Assembly (NCBI GenBank): GCA_964608055.1
Contig: CAZSMJ010000004.1
Span: 1 to 43,455 of the forward strand
DNA length: 43,455 bases
Direction of reading: 5' to 3'
DNA from: an uncultured Acidimicrobiaceae bacterium
Lineage (GTDB): Bacteria > Actinomycetota > Acidimicrobiia > Spongiisociales > ZC4RG35
Shown here: positions 8,304 to 18,595 of the stretch, piece after piece
How positions within the stretch are numbered: position 1 is the first letter of the stretch
Layout: every line of letters starts with the position of its first letter
Made by a program: the position numbers and the translations under genes
Notes under the pieces: generated by a model
Databases searched by the model: none
What the model was told of the DNA's origin: nothing
Seen by the model: only the letters and a program-made list of their open reading frames with translations

Positions 8304-8813
8304 TCACAGATCGAGGATCGGCACTTCCTGGGTGTCCTCGATACGGGTGCCGGGCACCAGGAGCACCGGCAGGTGGCATTGGTCGATGACCCGGGCCGAC
8401 ACGCTGCGCCATGCCTCCTCGGTGAACAGTCTTCGGGTGGCTCCCATCATCACCAACTCGGCGCCGACGTCCTCGGCGGTGTTGATGATCGCCTCGGCGG
8501 GATCGTCTCCCTCCACGAACCGGACCTCGGCTGTCATCCCTGCCGCCTGCAGGGCGGCGACGATCGGCTCCACAGCACGCAGCCCGCGTTCCTCCAGATA
8601 GCGGGCGGCTTTGGCTTCGGCGTCGGATGAGTCGATCGGAGAGTCGTCGAGAAAGGATCGGCGAACATCATCATCGAGGGCTTCGAGAAACGACCTGGGG
8701 ACCCGGACCACGGTCATCACCGTGACCTGACCATCCTCGGACCGAAGACGGTCGCATAGATCGGCCACCGGTGCTGAAGGAAGGACCCCGGTCGTGGCGA
8801 TCAGGATGCGCAC
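8304..8813 (-). CDS. Universal stress protein
   Basis: RILIAT N-terminal strand, GDDPAEAII, ELVMMGA and SVSARVI...PVLLVP. Confidence 0.85.
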   Translation of the reverse strand: MRILIATTGVLPSAPVADLCDRLRSEDGQVTVMTVVRVPRSFLEALDDDVRRSFLDDSPIDSSDAEAKAARYLEERGLRAVEPIVAALQAAGMTAEVRFVEGDDPAEAIINTAEDVGAELVMMGATRRLFTEEAWRSVSARVIDQCHLPVLLVPGTRIEDTQEVPILDL

Positions 8814-8860
8814 GTGGCTGAGATTAGGGTGTCGAATCCAGTTGTGTCGTAGCGAGAGTC

Positions 8861-9358
8861 ATGGATCCAGAGCTGCTGAACAAGGTGACGTGGAAGATCC
8901 CCAACGCCCTGGCGCTGATCGGATCGGCCTCCGATGGCGAGTGGAACGGCATGACTGCCTCTTGGATCACCCAGGTTTCCATGGAACCGGTGCTGATCGG
9001 GGTCGGGATCGACAACAAAGCCGTTACCCACCGGTTGATCACCGCCTCCGGGGTGTTCAGTGTCAATCTGTGGTCTCCCGAAGACACCAGGGTCTTCGTG
9101 AAGTTCTCCAAACCTGCTGTCCGCGAGGGTGACACCCTCAACGGTCGTCCGGTCCGTCTCGGCCTCGCCGGCGCACCCATCTTCGAAGAGTCGGTCGCCT
9201 GGATGGAGTGTGAGGTGCGGAATGCCATCGACTTCGGGACCCACACCTTCTTTGCCGGCGAGATCGTGGACGCCGGTGTCATCGACGACGAGGCAAGGGT
9301 GGCTTCGCTCTCGGACACCAGGATGAAATACGGCGGTGTGAAGAGGGGCGGTCACTGA
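8861..9358 (+). CDS. Flavin reductase family protein
   Basis: NGMTASWITQVSMEP, FSVNL, GAPI, WMECEV and GTHTFFAGEIV. Confidence 0.9.
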   Translation: MDPELLNKVTWKIPNALALIGSASDGEWNGMTASWITQVSMEPVLIGVGIDNKAVTHRLITASGVFSVNLWSPEDTRVFVKFSKPAVREGDTLNGRPVRLGLAGAPIFEESVAWMECEVRNAIDFGTHTFFAGEIVDAGVIDDEARVASLSDTRMKYGGVKRGGH

Positions 9359-9361
9359 TCA

Positions 9362-10138
9362 ATGGAGATCTCGGTTGAGGGCAAGGTGGCCCTGGTCACC
9401 GGGGCGAGCCGGGGAATCGGCCTGGCAACTGCGCTCGAGCTTGCCAAGAGCGGGGCAATCGGAGTGACCATCACCTCCCGCAAGCCGGAGAACATCGAAG
9501 CCGCGGCTGCAGAATTGTTCGCGGCGGGTGTGGATCCCGATCGACTTCTCGCCCTGCCCTCGAGATCGGACTCCGAGGAGTCGGCTGACGACGCGGTCAC
9601 GCAGACGGTCGAGCGTTTCGGCTCCTGCGACATCCTGGTCAACAACGCGGGGACCAACCCTTCGGCGGGCCCGTTGATGGAGGTCGACCTCGGCGCCCTC
9701 GACAAGACATGGGCGGTGAATCTGCGGGCGCCTCTGCTCTGGGTGCGAGCTGCCTATCGTGCCTCGATGGCGAAGAACGGGGGGTCGGTTGTGAATGTGG
9801 CCTCGATCGGGGGACTGCGCCCGGGCCCGATCACTGGTGCCTACAACATCTCCAAGGCCGGACTGGTCCACATGACGCGCCAGCTCGCTCTCGAGCTCGC
9901 CCCCGAGATCCGGGTCAATGCCGTCGCCCCGGCGGTGGTCAAGACCAGGCTTTCCGAGATGCTGTGGGCAGACGAGCCGGCCGCGGCCCGTATGCACCCC
10001 CTTGGCCGGCTGGGAACGCCCGAGGACGTGGCCCGGGCCATCGTGTTCCTCGCGTCCGACGCGGCCGATTGGATGACAGGGGTCATTCTCCCGGTTGATG
10101 GGGGTATGACCGAAGCCTCGTCCTCCGGCATAGCCTGA
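9362..10138 (+). CDS. SDR family oxidoreductase
   Basis: TGASRGIG, NNAG, YNISK and RVNAVAP. Confidence 0.93.
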   Translation: MEISVEGKVALVTGASRGIGLATALELAKSGAIGVTITSRKPENIEAAAAELFAAGVDPDRLLALPSRSDSEESADDAVTQTVERFGSCDILVNNAGTNPSAGPLMEVDLGALDKTWAVNLRAPLLWVRAAYRASMAKNGGSVVNVASIGGLRPGPITGAYNISKAGLVHMTRQLALELAPEIRVNAVAPAVVKTRLSEMLWADEPAAARMHPLGRLGTPEDVARAIVFLASDAADWMTGVILPVDGGMTEASSSGIA

Positions 10139-10149
10139 ATTCGATACCC

Positions 10150-11289
10150 GTGAGCCACCCCACCCCCGATCCAGCGCTCGCTCTTCGGTATCTCAGTGGT
10201 GAGATCCCCGATGAGGCCCTTTTCGCTGAGGCCCGCCAGCTTCGCGACCAGGCACACGGGCGAACCATTACCTACAGCCGCAAGGTTTTCATCCCACTGA
10301 CCACCCTGTGTCGGGATCGCTGCACCTATTGCACCTTTGCCAAGCCGCCAGGCGCCGGTGGCATGTACCTGGAGCCCGAGGAGGTGCTCGCGGTGGCTCG
10401 GGCCGGGGATGAGGCCGGGTGCACCGAGGCCCTCTTCACCCTTGGTGACCGGCCGGAGGATCGCTGGCCACAGGCGGTGGAGTTCCTTGCCGGCAAGGGT
10501 CTGGGGACCACCATCGAATACGTGGCCGAGATGTCGGCATTGGTCAGGTCGGAGACTTCGTTGTACCCCCATGCCAACCCCGGTCTGATGGGGGATCCTG
10601 AGATGAGGCTGCTGCGGCCCACCAATCCCTCGATGGGGCTCATGTTGGAAAACATCTCACCACGGCTGATGGAGCCCGGCATGCCCCATCACAACTGCCC
10701 CGACAAGGAACCTGCGCTCCGGGTGGCGACCATCGAGGCAGCCGGGAGGAACAAGGTCCCATTTACCACCGGGATCCTCGTCGGGATCGGTGAAACACCT
10801 CAGGAGATCGTCGACTCTTTGTTTGCGTTGCGTGAGCTCTCAGACCGGACCGGGGCGATTCAGGAAATCATCATCCAGAACTTCAGGGCCAAGGCCGACA
10901 CTCCGATGCGGTGGTCGGCCGAGCCGGTGCCCAGGTGGTTTGCCAGGGTCGTCGCCCTCGCGCGATGGGTCATGGGGGCCGAAGCCAACGTCCAGGTCCC
11001 GCCGAATCTCACCGAGCGATTCGAGATCTACCTCGACGCAGGGATCAACGACTGGGGCGGCGTGTCGCCCCTCACCATCGACTGGGTCAATCCCGAGGCT
11101 CCGTGGCCCCATCTCGACCAATTGCGGGCGCGGACCGAGGCTTCCGGGTTCTCGTTGCGCCCGAGACTTCCTGTCTACCCGGAGTTCATTACACGGGATT
11201 GGATCGATCCCGGCTTGTATGACAACGTTGTTGCCTCGTCCAATGACGACGGCCTAGCCCAAATCCCGGAACACGTCGGAGCGACATGA
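10150..11289 (+). CDS. cofG: FO synthase subunit CofG (radical SAM)
   Basis: ITYSRKVFIPLT, CRDRCTYC, PHANPG, SMGLMLE, PFTTGILVGIGE and AGINDWGGVSP. Confidence 0.93.
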   Translation: MSHPTPDPALALRYLSGEIPDEALFAEARQLRDQAHGRTITYSRKVFIPLTTLCRDRCTYCTFAKPPGAGGMYLEPEEVLAVARAGDEAGCTEALFTLGDRPEDRWPQAVEFLAGKGLGTTIEYVAEMSALVRSETSLYPHANPGLMGDPEMRLLRPTNPSMGLMLENISPRLMEPGMPHHNCPDKEPALRVATIEAAGRNKVPFTTGILVGIGETPQEIVDSLFALRELSDRTGAIQEIIIQNFRAKADTPMRWSAEPVPRWFARVVALARWVMGAEANVQVPPNLTERFEIYLDAGINDWGGVSPLTIDWVNPEAPWPHLDQLRARTEASGFSLRPRLPVYPEFITRDWIDPGLYDNVVASSNDDGLAQIPEHVGAT

Positions 11290-13184
11290 CCATCACCTTT
11301 CTGAGAGTGAGACCATCAGAGACCCTGGCCGCGGCGGCAGCCGAGAGTCGCCGTCGGGAAGGCACCACGACCGTCGAGCTCGTCGACCCGGGCGTCGAGG
11401 ACCTGGCCAATGCGGGTTCTGGAGGGGTGCTGATCACCGCAACCACGATCGGGGAAGTCGAGCCGGCGGCGTGGGTGGTTTCGCCTGACGACGCCTTGAC
11501 CCTTGCTGACCGGGGTGTGCCCGGGTGGCGGTTGAGTGTCACCGGGGACGGTGATCGGGAAGTGGTCCTCAACGGTCTGGCCCGGTCGCGGGCAGCATTC
11601 CTCAGGGCCACGCGCTCCACAGTCGAGGAGATGGCTCAGCTCGTGGCCCTGCCCGGGATCGAAGCCTCGGTGTCGGTGTTCGTCGACGACGTGGTCCAGG
11701 CGGTGAGGATGGTGGATCTGGGGGCAGGCGACCTCTTGTTGCGGGACTGGGACGTCGAGCGGATCGGGCAATTGCGGGATGCGCTCGGCGCTTCCCTGCT
11801 CATCGAGCGGACCGCGTTCCCTCCGGGGCTCGAAATCGACGAAGCGAGGGACCTCCTCCCTGCCGGGATCTTCACCACTTGGTTGAGCCAGGTCGACGGT
11901 TCCGGTGCGGTCCGACCCCGCCACACCTGGGCTCCCGGTAAGGACCAAGAGCCACCGGTCCCGGTGTTTCGGTTTTCCGCGGAGTGGATGGATCGCTCCT
12001 GGGTCACCGGCATCGCCCCGGAGGGGATCTCCGGCGCAGGGAGCCTGGCGCCGATTCTTCAGAGATCGCTCGACGGCCACCGGCCGACCACGTCCGAAGT
12101 TGAGAGCCTCTTTCGAGCCCGCGGCGACCAGGTCGATGCGATCGCCCACGTGGCCGATCGTCTGCGGGAACGAGCGGTGGGGGACACCGTCACCTACGTG
12201 GTCAACCGCAATATCAACTACACCAACCTGTGTTACTTCAAATGCGGGTTCTGCGCCTTCTCCAAAGGGCCGAAGAGCCTCAACCTGCGCGGGGAGCCCT
12301 ATTTGATGGGAATCGAGGAGATCGTCGGCAACGCTCGCGAGGCCTGGGAACGTGGCGCCACAGAGGTGACCCTCCAGGGTGGCATCCATCCCGATTTCAC
12401 GGGGAATTTCTACGTCGACGTCGTGCGATCGATCAAGGCGGAATTGCCCGACATGCACATCCATGGGTTCACCCCACTCGAGGTGTGGCAGGGGGCGCAC
12501 ACTCTTGGCGTCCCGGTTCGCCAGTTCCTCGAAGAATTGCAGCAAGCAGGCTTGGGGACCCTCCCCGGGACCGCCGCCGAGATCCTCGACGACGAGGTGA
12601 GGGCCCATCTCTGCCCGGACAAGATCCGGACCTCGCAATGGGCCGAGGTGATGATCACTGCGCATGAGCTCGGGCTCAGAGCGACCTCGACCATCATGTT
12701 CGGACACATCGACCACCCCCGCTCCTGGGCCAACCATCTCGAAGTCATCGCCCGCATCCAGCAGCGGACCGGCGGTTTCACCGAGATGGTCCCGCTGCCG
12801 TTCGTCCACATGGGCGCTCCCATCTTCCTGAGGGGACGGGCCCGCCCCGGGCCGACGTGGGATGAGGTGGTGCTGATCCATGCCGTCTCCAGAATCGCTC
12901 TCGACGGCCTCGTTCCCAACATCCAAGCCTCGTGGGTGAAGCTCGGGTTGGATGGAGGAGGGCGTTTGCTCGATGCCGGCTGCAACGACCTGGGGGGCAC
13001 CCTCATGGGTGAGATCATCACCAGGGCGGCGGGGGCGCAACATGGCCAAGAGGTGACACCACAGCAATTCCGCGAGGTGATCGAGGCCGCGGGACGCACA
13101 CCCGGTTTGCGCAACACCACCTATGAGATCCTGGAGTTGGAGCGGGGCCGAACTCAGCGCCAACCGAGCGCGGGGGCAACGTAG
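11286..13184 (+). CDS. cofH: FO synthase subunit CofH with ~250-aa N-terminal extension
   Basis: VTYVVNRNINYTN, CYFKCGFC, PGTAAEILDD, NIQASWVKLG and GCNDLGGTLM. ATGA overlap with cofG. Confidence 0.9.
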   Translation: MTITFLRVRPSETLAAAAAESRRREGTTTVELVDPGVEDLANAGSGGVLITATTIGEVEPAAWVVSPDDALTLADRGVPGWRLSVTGDGDREVVLNGLARSRAAFLRATRSTVEEMAQLVALPGIEASVSVFVDDVVQAVRMVDLGAGDLLLRDWDVERIGQLRDALGASLLIERTAFPPGLEIDEARDLLPAGIFTTWLSQVDGSGAVRPRHTWAPGKDQEPPVPVFRFSAEWMDRSWVTGIAPEGISGAGSLAPILQRSLDGHRPTTSEVESLFRARGDQVDAIAHVADRLRERAVGDTVTYVVNRNINYTNLCYFKCGFCAFSKGPKSLNLRGEPYLMGIEEIVGNAREAWERGATEVTLQGGIHPDFTGNFYVDVVRSIKAELPDMHIHGFTPLEVWQGAHTLGVPVRQFLEELQQAGLGTLPGTAAEILDDEVRAHLCPDKIRTSQWAEVMITAHELGLRATSTIMFGHIDHPRSWANHLEVIARIQQRTGGFTEMVPLPFVHMGAPIFLRGRARPGPTWDEVVLIHAVSRIALDGLVPNIQASWVKLGLDGGGRLLDAGCNDLGGTLMGEIITRAAGAQHGQEVTPQQFREVIEAAGRTPGLRNTTYEILELERGRTQRQPSAGAT

Positions 13185-14176
13185 GTGAGAATGCTCTCGA
13201 GGACATGCGCGTTGTAGTCGGCTCCGAGCTGGTTGGGGACGGTGAGCAATAGCGTGTCGGCGGCTGCGATGGCTTCGTCTTGGGCCAGCTGTTCGACGAG
13301 GACCTCGGGCTCGGCTGCGTAGGAGCGGCCAAAGATCGCCCGTGTGCTCGCATCGATGTAGCCGATCTGATCAGTGGTCTGCTGACGGCTCCCGAAGTAG
13401 GCGTGGTCGCGGTCGTCCACCAGCGCGAAGATGCTGCGGCTGACCGACACCCGCGGCTCACGCTGGTGCCCGGCCGTTGTCCACGCCTCGCGATAGGCAT
13501 CGATCTGCTTCCGCTGCTGGACGTGCAAGGGCTCGCCACTCTCGTCGAACTTCAGTGTCGAACTCTGCAGGTTCATCCCCAGGGATGCAGCCCACGCCGA
13601 GGTTGCGTTCGTGGCAGACCCCCACCAGATGCGGTCCCGAAGGCCCGGCGAGTATGGCTCGACTCGGAGGAGGCCCGGTGGGTTGGGAAACATCGGCTGG
13701 GGATTCGGCTCGGCGAACCCTTCACCTCTGAGCAATTCGAGTAGGACCTCGGTGTGGCGTCTGGCCATATCGGCATCGCTCTCGCCCTCAAGCGGCACAT
13801 GCCCGAAATGGCGGAAGCCGTCGATCACCTGCTCTGGCGAACCGCGGCTGATGCCCAATTGGAGTCGGCCACCGGCGATGATGTCGGCGGCACCGGCGTC
13901 TTCCGCCATGTAGTGGGGGTTCTCATATCGCATGTCGATCACGGCGGTGCCGATTTCGATCCGGTTGGTACGAGCCCCGACCGCGGCCAGCAACGGGAAT
14001 GGCGAGCCGAGCTGTTGGGCGAAGTGATGCACGCGGAAGTAGGCACCATCGGCGCCGAGCTCCTCGGCAGCCACGGCCAGCTCGATCGACTGGAGCAGCG
14101 AATCCGCGGCGGTCCGGACCTGCGAGTACGGCGTCGGTGACCAGTGGCCGAACGAAAGGAAGCCGATCCTCTTCAC
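13154..14176 (-). CDS. LLM class flavin-dependent oxidoreductase
   Basis: IGFLSFGHW, AYFRVHHFA, IEIGTAVIDMRYENP and LGISRGSPE. Confidence 0.9.
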   Translation of the reverse strand: MKRIGFLSFGHWSPTPYSQVRTAADSLLQSIELAVAAEELGADGAYFRVHHFAQQLGSPFPLLAAVGARTNRIEIGTAVIDMRYENPHYMAEDAGAADIIAGGRLQLGISRGSPEQVIDGFRHFGHVPLEGESDADMARRHTEVLLELLRGEGFAEPNPQPMFPNPPGLLRVEPYSPGLRDRIWWGSATNATSAWAASLGMNLQSSTLKFDESGEPLHVQQRKQIDAYREAWTTAGHQREPRVSVSRSIFALVDDRDHAYFGSRQQTTDQIGYIDASTRAIFGRSYAAEPEVLVEQLAQDEAIAAADTLLLTVPNQLGADYNAHVLESILTYVAPALGWR

Positions 14177-14218
14177 GCTGAGCCTTTCTGCCGGAGGTGG
14201 AAGGGGTAGGGAGGGACG

Positions 14219-17200
14219 CTACCCCCGGTAACTGAGGCCTTTGACGGCGGTGGTGAACCCCCACTCCGCCAGCGCGGATGCCAGCGGGGAGCTCTGAGCC
14301 GGGCTCCCGTTGACCGTGCTCAACGTGGTCCTTCGATGACGCGCAGCCACGGTTGCCAGCGCCCGACCTACGCCGATGAAATGTGAGGGCTCGGTGGTGA
14401 GAAGGGTGAGGCTCTTCCGCCCCCGCTCCAGGAACCCGACGAGCCCTCCCCCATAGAGGAGCACGTAGGCCCCGGCATCCCGAGCCAGACGCGCGCCTTC
14501 GACGTCGGGCCATCCGAGGGTTGCTCCGTAGGGGTTGGCCGGATCTGTGGCGGCCAGAACCATCAACTCCGGTCTCGCCTCCTGGCGGAGGCGGTCGACT
14601 GCTCCCGGAAGGGCGAACTGTGATCCACCGAGACCCTCCACGAAGTAGCCCCGGCGGATGCGCCCGGTCTCCTCGAGATGGTTGTAGATCGGGTAGATGG
14701 CGCTGAAACCACCGGGAAATCCCTCGGCGAGCACGGTGGTGCGGGTTGCTACCCCATGCCGGTCGAGGATCAACTGCGCCCATGCGGCGCTGCGCTCGGT
14801 CTCCGACGGCGCCGAGCCATGCAGATGCTTCGTTGACGACCAACGACCCCCGGCGTGGGCCGGAAAGCGAGAAGAGATCGAGGGTCGCCCCGAGGATCGG
14901 CCCCGGCGTCTGCCGACAAAAGCCCTGACCGGTTCCAGGGTGTCGTTGGTCACATGCCCTGCCCAGACCAGGTCCCACAACCTGTCGAGGGCGAGCTCAG
15001 GATCACCGCCACCAAGGCCTTCGTAGATGTCTCTGAAGAAGCTCGCTCCACGCCCCTCCAGATGCTCGAGGATCCTGGTGTGTTCGGGGAGATCGGGAAG
15101 TTCGGTGGGACCGGCCCAGAGTAGATCGAGGTTGTCTCTGGGAAACAGCGCCAGCTTTCCGTCCCCGAGACCGGAGCCGCCCATCCCGATCCAGACCAGG
15201 CTGCCGTCGAGGAGAAGCCGGTCCAGACCGGCCGGGGCGTCTTCGACCCTGGCAGCCAACACATCACGCTCCAGGACGGAAGCTGGGATCGGGGTGCCAG
15301 CCAAGCGGCCGACCGCGTCGTTCAAGGCATGTCGGCCACGTGGTGGGTCGAGTGATACCCCCTGCCAGGCGATGGCGAATCTGGCCAGGGCCGCAGGCTC
15401 CACCGGCTCGATCTCACTGCGAAGGGATGCCAGCGAGCGGCGCTTCAGGCGGCGAAGTACGTCGCGGTCGACCCATTCCCTGCCCGCACCACCGGGCCGG
15501 AAGGCGCCAGCATCGACCCGGTTTGCGTCCTGAAGCTGGAGCAGGACGATGTCGACGACCGCTTCCGGCAGCCCGAGGTGGGAGGTGACGTCCCCTGTGG
15601 TGAACGGGCCATGGGTCCGCGCGTATCTTCCGACCAGGTCTCCCAGGGGGTCGGCAACGGCTTCGAGGAACACATGGGCGACTCCGGGTGGCGGAGGGAC
15701 GCCGAGACCATCCCGGAGTCGGGAGATGTCTTCGGCGGCGGCCCATAGAGGCTCGCCATTGATGACTACCCGAACCACCCGCCCGGCGATCTCCAGGTCG
15801 TCGATGGCCGCGCGGACGTCGAAGCCGCTGCTTCGGATCTCGAGGTCTGTGGTCCCCAATGGGCCGAGATCGCGCAACAGGTCATGGACTGCGTCGGGGT
15901 GGGTCGCCCGCCGTCCTTCGGTGAGATGTTGCAGCTCCAGCTCCACGGCCGCCACCACCTCGGGGTCGATCAGCTCTCTCAGCTCCCCCTCGCCCAGGAG
16001 CTCTCGCAACAGGTCTCGGTCGAGGGTGAGGGCGGCGGCCCGCCTTTCCGCCAGAGGGGCGTCTGCCTCGTAGAGGTAGGCGGCGACGAAGGCGAAGAGA
16101 AGCGACGAGGCGAAGGGGCTGGGGCCGTCGGTCTCCACCTCGGCGATGCGAATTCGCCTCGATCGGATGTCGGCCAGGACCGACTGGAGGCCCGAAAGGT
16201 CGAAGTCGTCCTGGAGGATCTCGCGATAGACCTCCAGGATCATGGGGAATGAGCCGAACTGGCGGGCGACACCGAGGAGGTCGGCCGATCGTCTTCTCTG
16301 CAGCCACAACGGGGTCCGCTGATTGGGCCGGCGGCGGGGGAGTAGCAGGGAGCGCCCGGCGGCCTCGCGAAAACGCGCCGCGAACATCGCTGTGTCACCC
16401 AGGTGCTCGATGAGGATCGGCTCGACCTCATCAGGCTCGAGAATCAGGTCGGATGCGTCCGGCAGCTCATCGGAATCGGGGAATCGGAACGCGATGCCGT
16501 CGTCGGACCAGATGACATCGACATCGGTCCCGAAGCGGGCCCGAAACCGATGTCGCAGCGCCATGGCCCAGGGCGCATGGACCCGAGCTCCGAGTGGGGA
16601 GAGCATCACCAGCCGCCAGTCGCCGATCTCGTCCCGGAATCGCTCGAGGACGATGGTTTGATCGGTAGGGAGCAGTCCGGTGGCCTCCTTCTCCTCTGTC
16701 AAGTAGGCGACGAGATTGGCGGCAGCATGGCCATCGAGATGGTGGGTGGTGGCCAACAGGTCCTCGGCGTGCTCGGGATCGAGCATGGCTGTCTCGCGGA
16801 CGAACCGCCCGACGGCTTTTCCGGTTTCCAGCGATCGGCCCAACATGTCCCCGTGCCAGAAGGGCATATGGGCGGTGGCGTCGGCTGGTGCCGGCACCAC
16901 CTGGACCCGGTCGTGGGTGATCTCGGTGATTCGCCACGAGCTGGACCCCAGCAGGAAGGTGTCTCCCTCCCTCGATTCATACACCATCTCCTCGTCGAGA
17001 TCTCCAACTCGGCTCCCGTCCGGCAGGACGACGCGATACAGGCCGCGGTCGGGAATGGTCCCCGGGTTGGTCACTACGAGTTGCCTCGAGCCGGGCCGCG
17101 GGGTGATTTCGCCGGTCACCCGGTCCCAGTTGATCCGGGGACGGAGCTCGGCAAACAGATCGGATGGATAGCGACCCGCCAGCATGTCCAACGTGGCGTC

Positions 17201-18589
17201 GAACACCGCCCGGCTCAGCTCGGAGTAAGGAGCGGCGCGTCGGGTCAGCTCGAACAAATGGTCGGCCGTGGTGTCACCACTGACCACCTCGGCCACGATC
17301 TGCTGGGCGAGGACATCGATGGGGTTGGCCGGGATCCGTGTCGTCTCCACGTTGCGCTTGGTCATCTCCCCGGTGAGGACTGTGGACACGAGAAGGTCCC
17401 CCCGATACTTGGGGAATACGCGAGCCTTGGAGACACCGCCGACCTGATGCCCGGACCTGCCCACGCGCTGCAACCCCGAAGCCACCGAGGTTGGCGCCTC
17501 CACCTGGATCACCAGATCGACCGCCCCCATGTCGATACCCAACTCGAGTGACGAGGTGGCAACCACTGCCTTCAACTCGCCCCGTTTGAGGGCGTCCTCG
17601 ATCTGGAGTCGATGTTCTCTGGCCACCGATCCGTGATGAGCCCTGGCGATCTCCTCGCCGGCGAGGTTGTTGATCTCTGCACAGATCCGCTCGGCCAATC
17701 GTCGGGAGTTGGCGAAGACGATGGTGCTGTTATGAGCCTGGATTGCCTCGAGCAGCTTCGGGTAGACCGCAGGCCATATCGAGCGGGCGGGTGCCTGGTC
17801 GGGGTCGAGGGGGTCCGGTGTTCCCGGCTCTGTCATGTCCTCCACCGGTACCACGATCTCGATGTCGAGCTCGCGGTCGTGGGGGACGTCGATGACAGTC
17901 ACCGGGCGCGGGACCCAGCCGTCTGTCCCACTGGTGCCCCCGCCGAGGAACCGGGCAATCGTCTCCAGGGGCCGTTGGGTCGCGGAGAGCCCGATTCGTT
18001 GCGGGGGACTGGCGGTGATCTCTTCGAGACGCTCCAGGGAAAGGGCGAGGTGGGCTCCGCGCTTGGTCCCGGCAATGGCATGGACCTCGTCGACGATCAC
18101 CCAACGGACTGGTTCGAGAATGACCCGTGCTGCGGAGCTGAGGATGAGGTAGAGGGATTCGGGAGTCGTGATCAGGATGTCCGGCGGCTGGCGCTGCATG
18201 CGTCGACGGTCCTCCGCGGGGGTGTCGCCGGTGCGGAGGAACGTTGTCAGGTCGGGCAACGGGCCGGTGTCGAGCCGCTGTGACGCATGGCGGATGCCGG
18301 CGAGGGGGGCGCGCAGGTTGCGCTCGACGTCGTGAGCCAAGGCTTTGAGGGGGGAGACATACAGGACCCGGCATCGGGCAGCGCGCTCGGGCTGGGGCTC
18401 GGAGAGGAGGCGATCGAGCGTCCAGAGAAATGCCGCCAGCGTCTTCCCCGACCCGGTGGGAGCATGGATCAGGGTGTGGGCGCCGTCAGCGATCGCCGGC
18501 CAACCCAGCTCCTGGGCCGGGGTCGGCTCGGGGAATGAAGCCTCGAACCAGGTGCGGGTCGCCGGGCTGAAGAGGGCGAGTGAGTCCAC
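14219..18589 (-). CDS. lhr: Lhr family ATP-dependent DNA helicase (full length, with C-terminal domain)
   Basis: APTGSGKT, YVSPLKAL, DEVH, LSAT, HHGS, QRVGRSGH, GTIPDRGLY and RRGYFVEGLGGSQFA; 1456 aa. Confidence 0.95.
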   Translation of the reverse strand: MDSLALFSPATRTWFEASFPEPTPAQELGWPAIADGAHTLIHAPTGSGKTLAAFLWTLDRLLSEPQPERAARCRVLYVSPLKALAHDVERNLRAPLAGIRHASQRLDTGPLPDLTTFLRTGDTPAEDRRRMQRQPPDILITTPESLYLILSSAARVILEPVRWVIVDEVHAIAGTKRGAHLALSLERLEEITASPPQRIGLSATQRPLETIARFLGGGTSGTDGWVPRPVTVIDVPHDRELDIEIVVPVEDMTEPGTPDPLDPDQAPARSIWPAVYPKLLEAIQAHNSTIVFANSRRLAERICAEINNLAGEEIARAHHGSVAREHRLQIEDALKRGELKAVVATSSLELGIDMGAVDLVIQVEAPTSVASGLQRVGRSGHQVGGVSKARVFPKYRGDLLVSTVLTGEMTKRNVETTRIPANPIDVLAQQIVAEVVSGDTTADHLFELTRRAAPYSELSRAVFDATLDMLAGRYPSDLFAELRPRINWDRVTGEITPRPGSRQLVVTNPGTIPDRGLYRVVLPDGSRVGDLDEEMVYESREGDTFLLGSSSWRITEITHDRVQVVPAPADATAHMPFWHGDMLGRSLETGKAVGRFVRETAMLDPEHAEDLLATTHHLDGHAAANLVAYLTEEKEATGLLPTDQTIVLERFRDEIGDWRLVMLSPLGARVHAPWAMALRHRFRARFGTDVDVIWSDDGIAFRFPDSDELPDASDLILEPDEVEPILIEHLGDTAMFAARFREAAGRSLLLPRRRPNQRTPLWLQRRRSADLLGVARQFGSFPMILEVYREILQDDFDLSGLQSVLADIRSRRIRIAEVETDGPSPFASSLLFAFVAAYLYEADAPLAERRAAALTLDRDLLRELLGEGELRELIDPEVVAAVELELQHLTEGRRATHPDAVHDLLRDLGPLGTTDLEIRSSGFDVRAAIDDLEIAGRVVRVVINGEPLWAAAEDISRLRDGLGVPPPPGVAHVFLEAVADPLGDLVGRYARTHGPFTTGDVTSHLGLPEAVVDIVLLQLQDANRVDAGAFRPGGAGREWVDRDVLRRLKRRSLASLRSEIEPVEPAALARFAIAWQGVSLDPPRGRHALNDAVGRLAGTPIPASVLERDVLAARVEDAPAGLDRLLLDGSLVWIGMGGSGLGDGKLALFPRDNLDLLWAGPTELPDLPEHTRILEHLEGRGASFFRDIYEGLGGGDPELALDRLWDLVWAGHVTNDTLEPVRAFVGRRRGRSSGRPSISSRFPAHAGGRWSSTKHLHGSAPSETERSAAWAQLILDRHGVATRTTVLAEGFPGGFSAIYPIYNHLEETGRIRRGYFVEGLGGSQFALPGAVDRLRQEARPELMVLAATDPANPYGATLGWPDVEGARLARDAGAYVLLYGGGLVGFLERGRKSLTLLTTEPSHFIGVGRALATVAARHRRTTLSTVNGSPAQSSPLASALAEWGFTTAVKGLSYRG

Positions 18590-18595
18590 CCCCGG

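Noticed and set aside
11316-13163. 615-aa antisense ORF opposite cofH, and similar long shadow ORFs (e.g. 16403-17551, 22365-23336, 34160-35116)
   Set aside because: Expected by-product of high-GC codon bias. They show no recognisable motifs and overlap well-supported genes.
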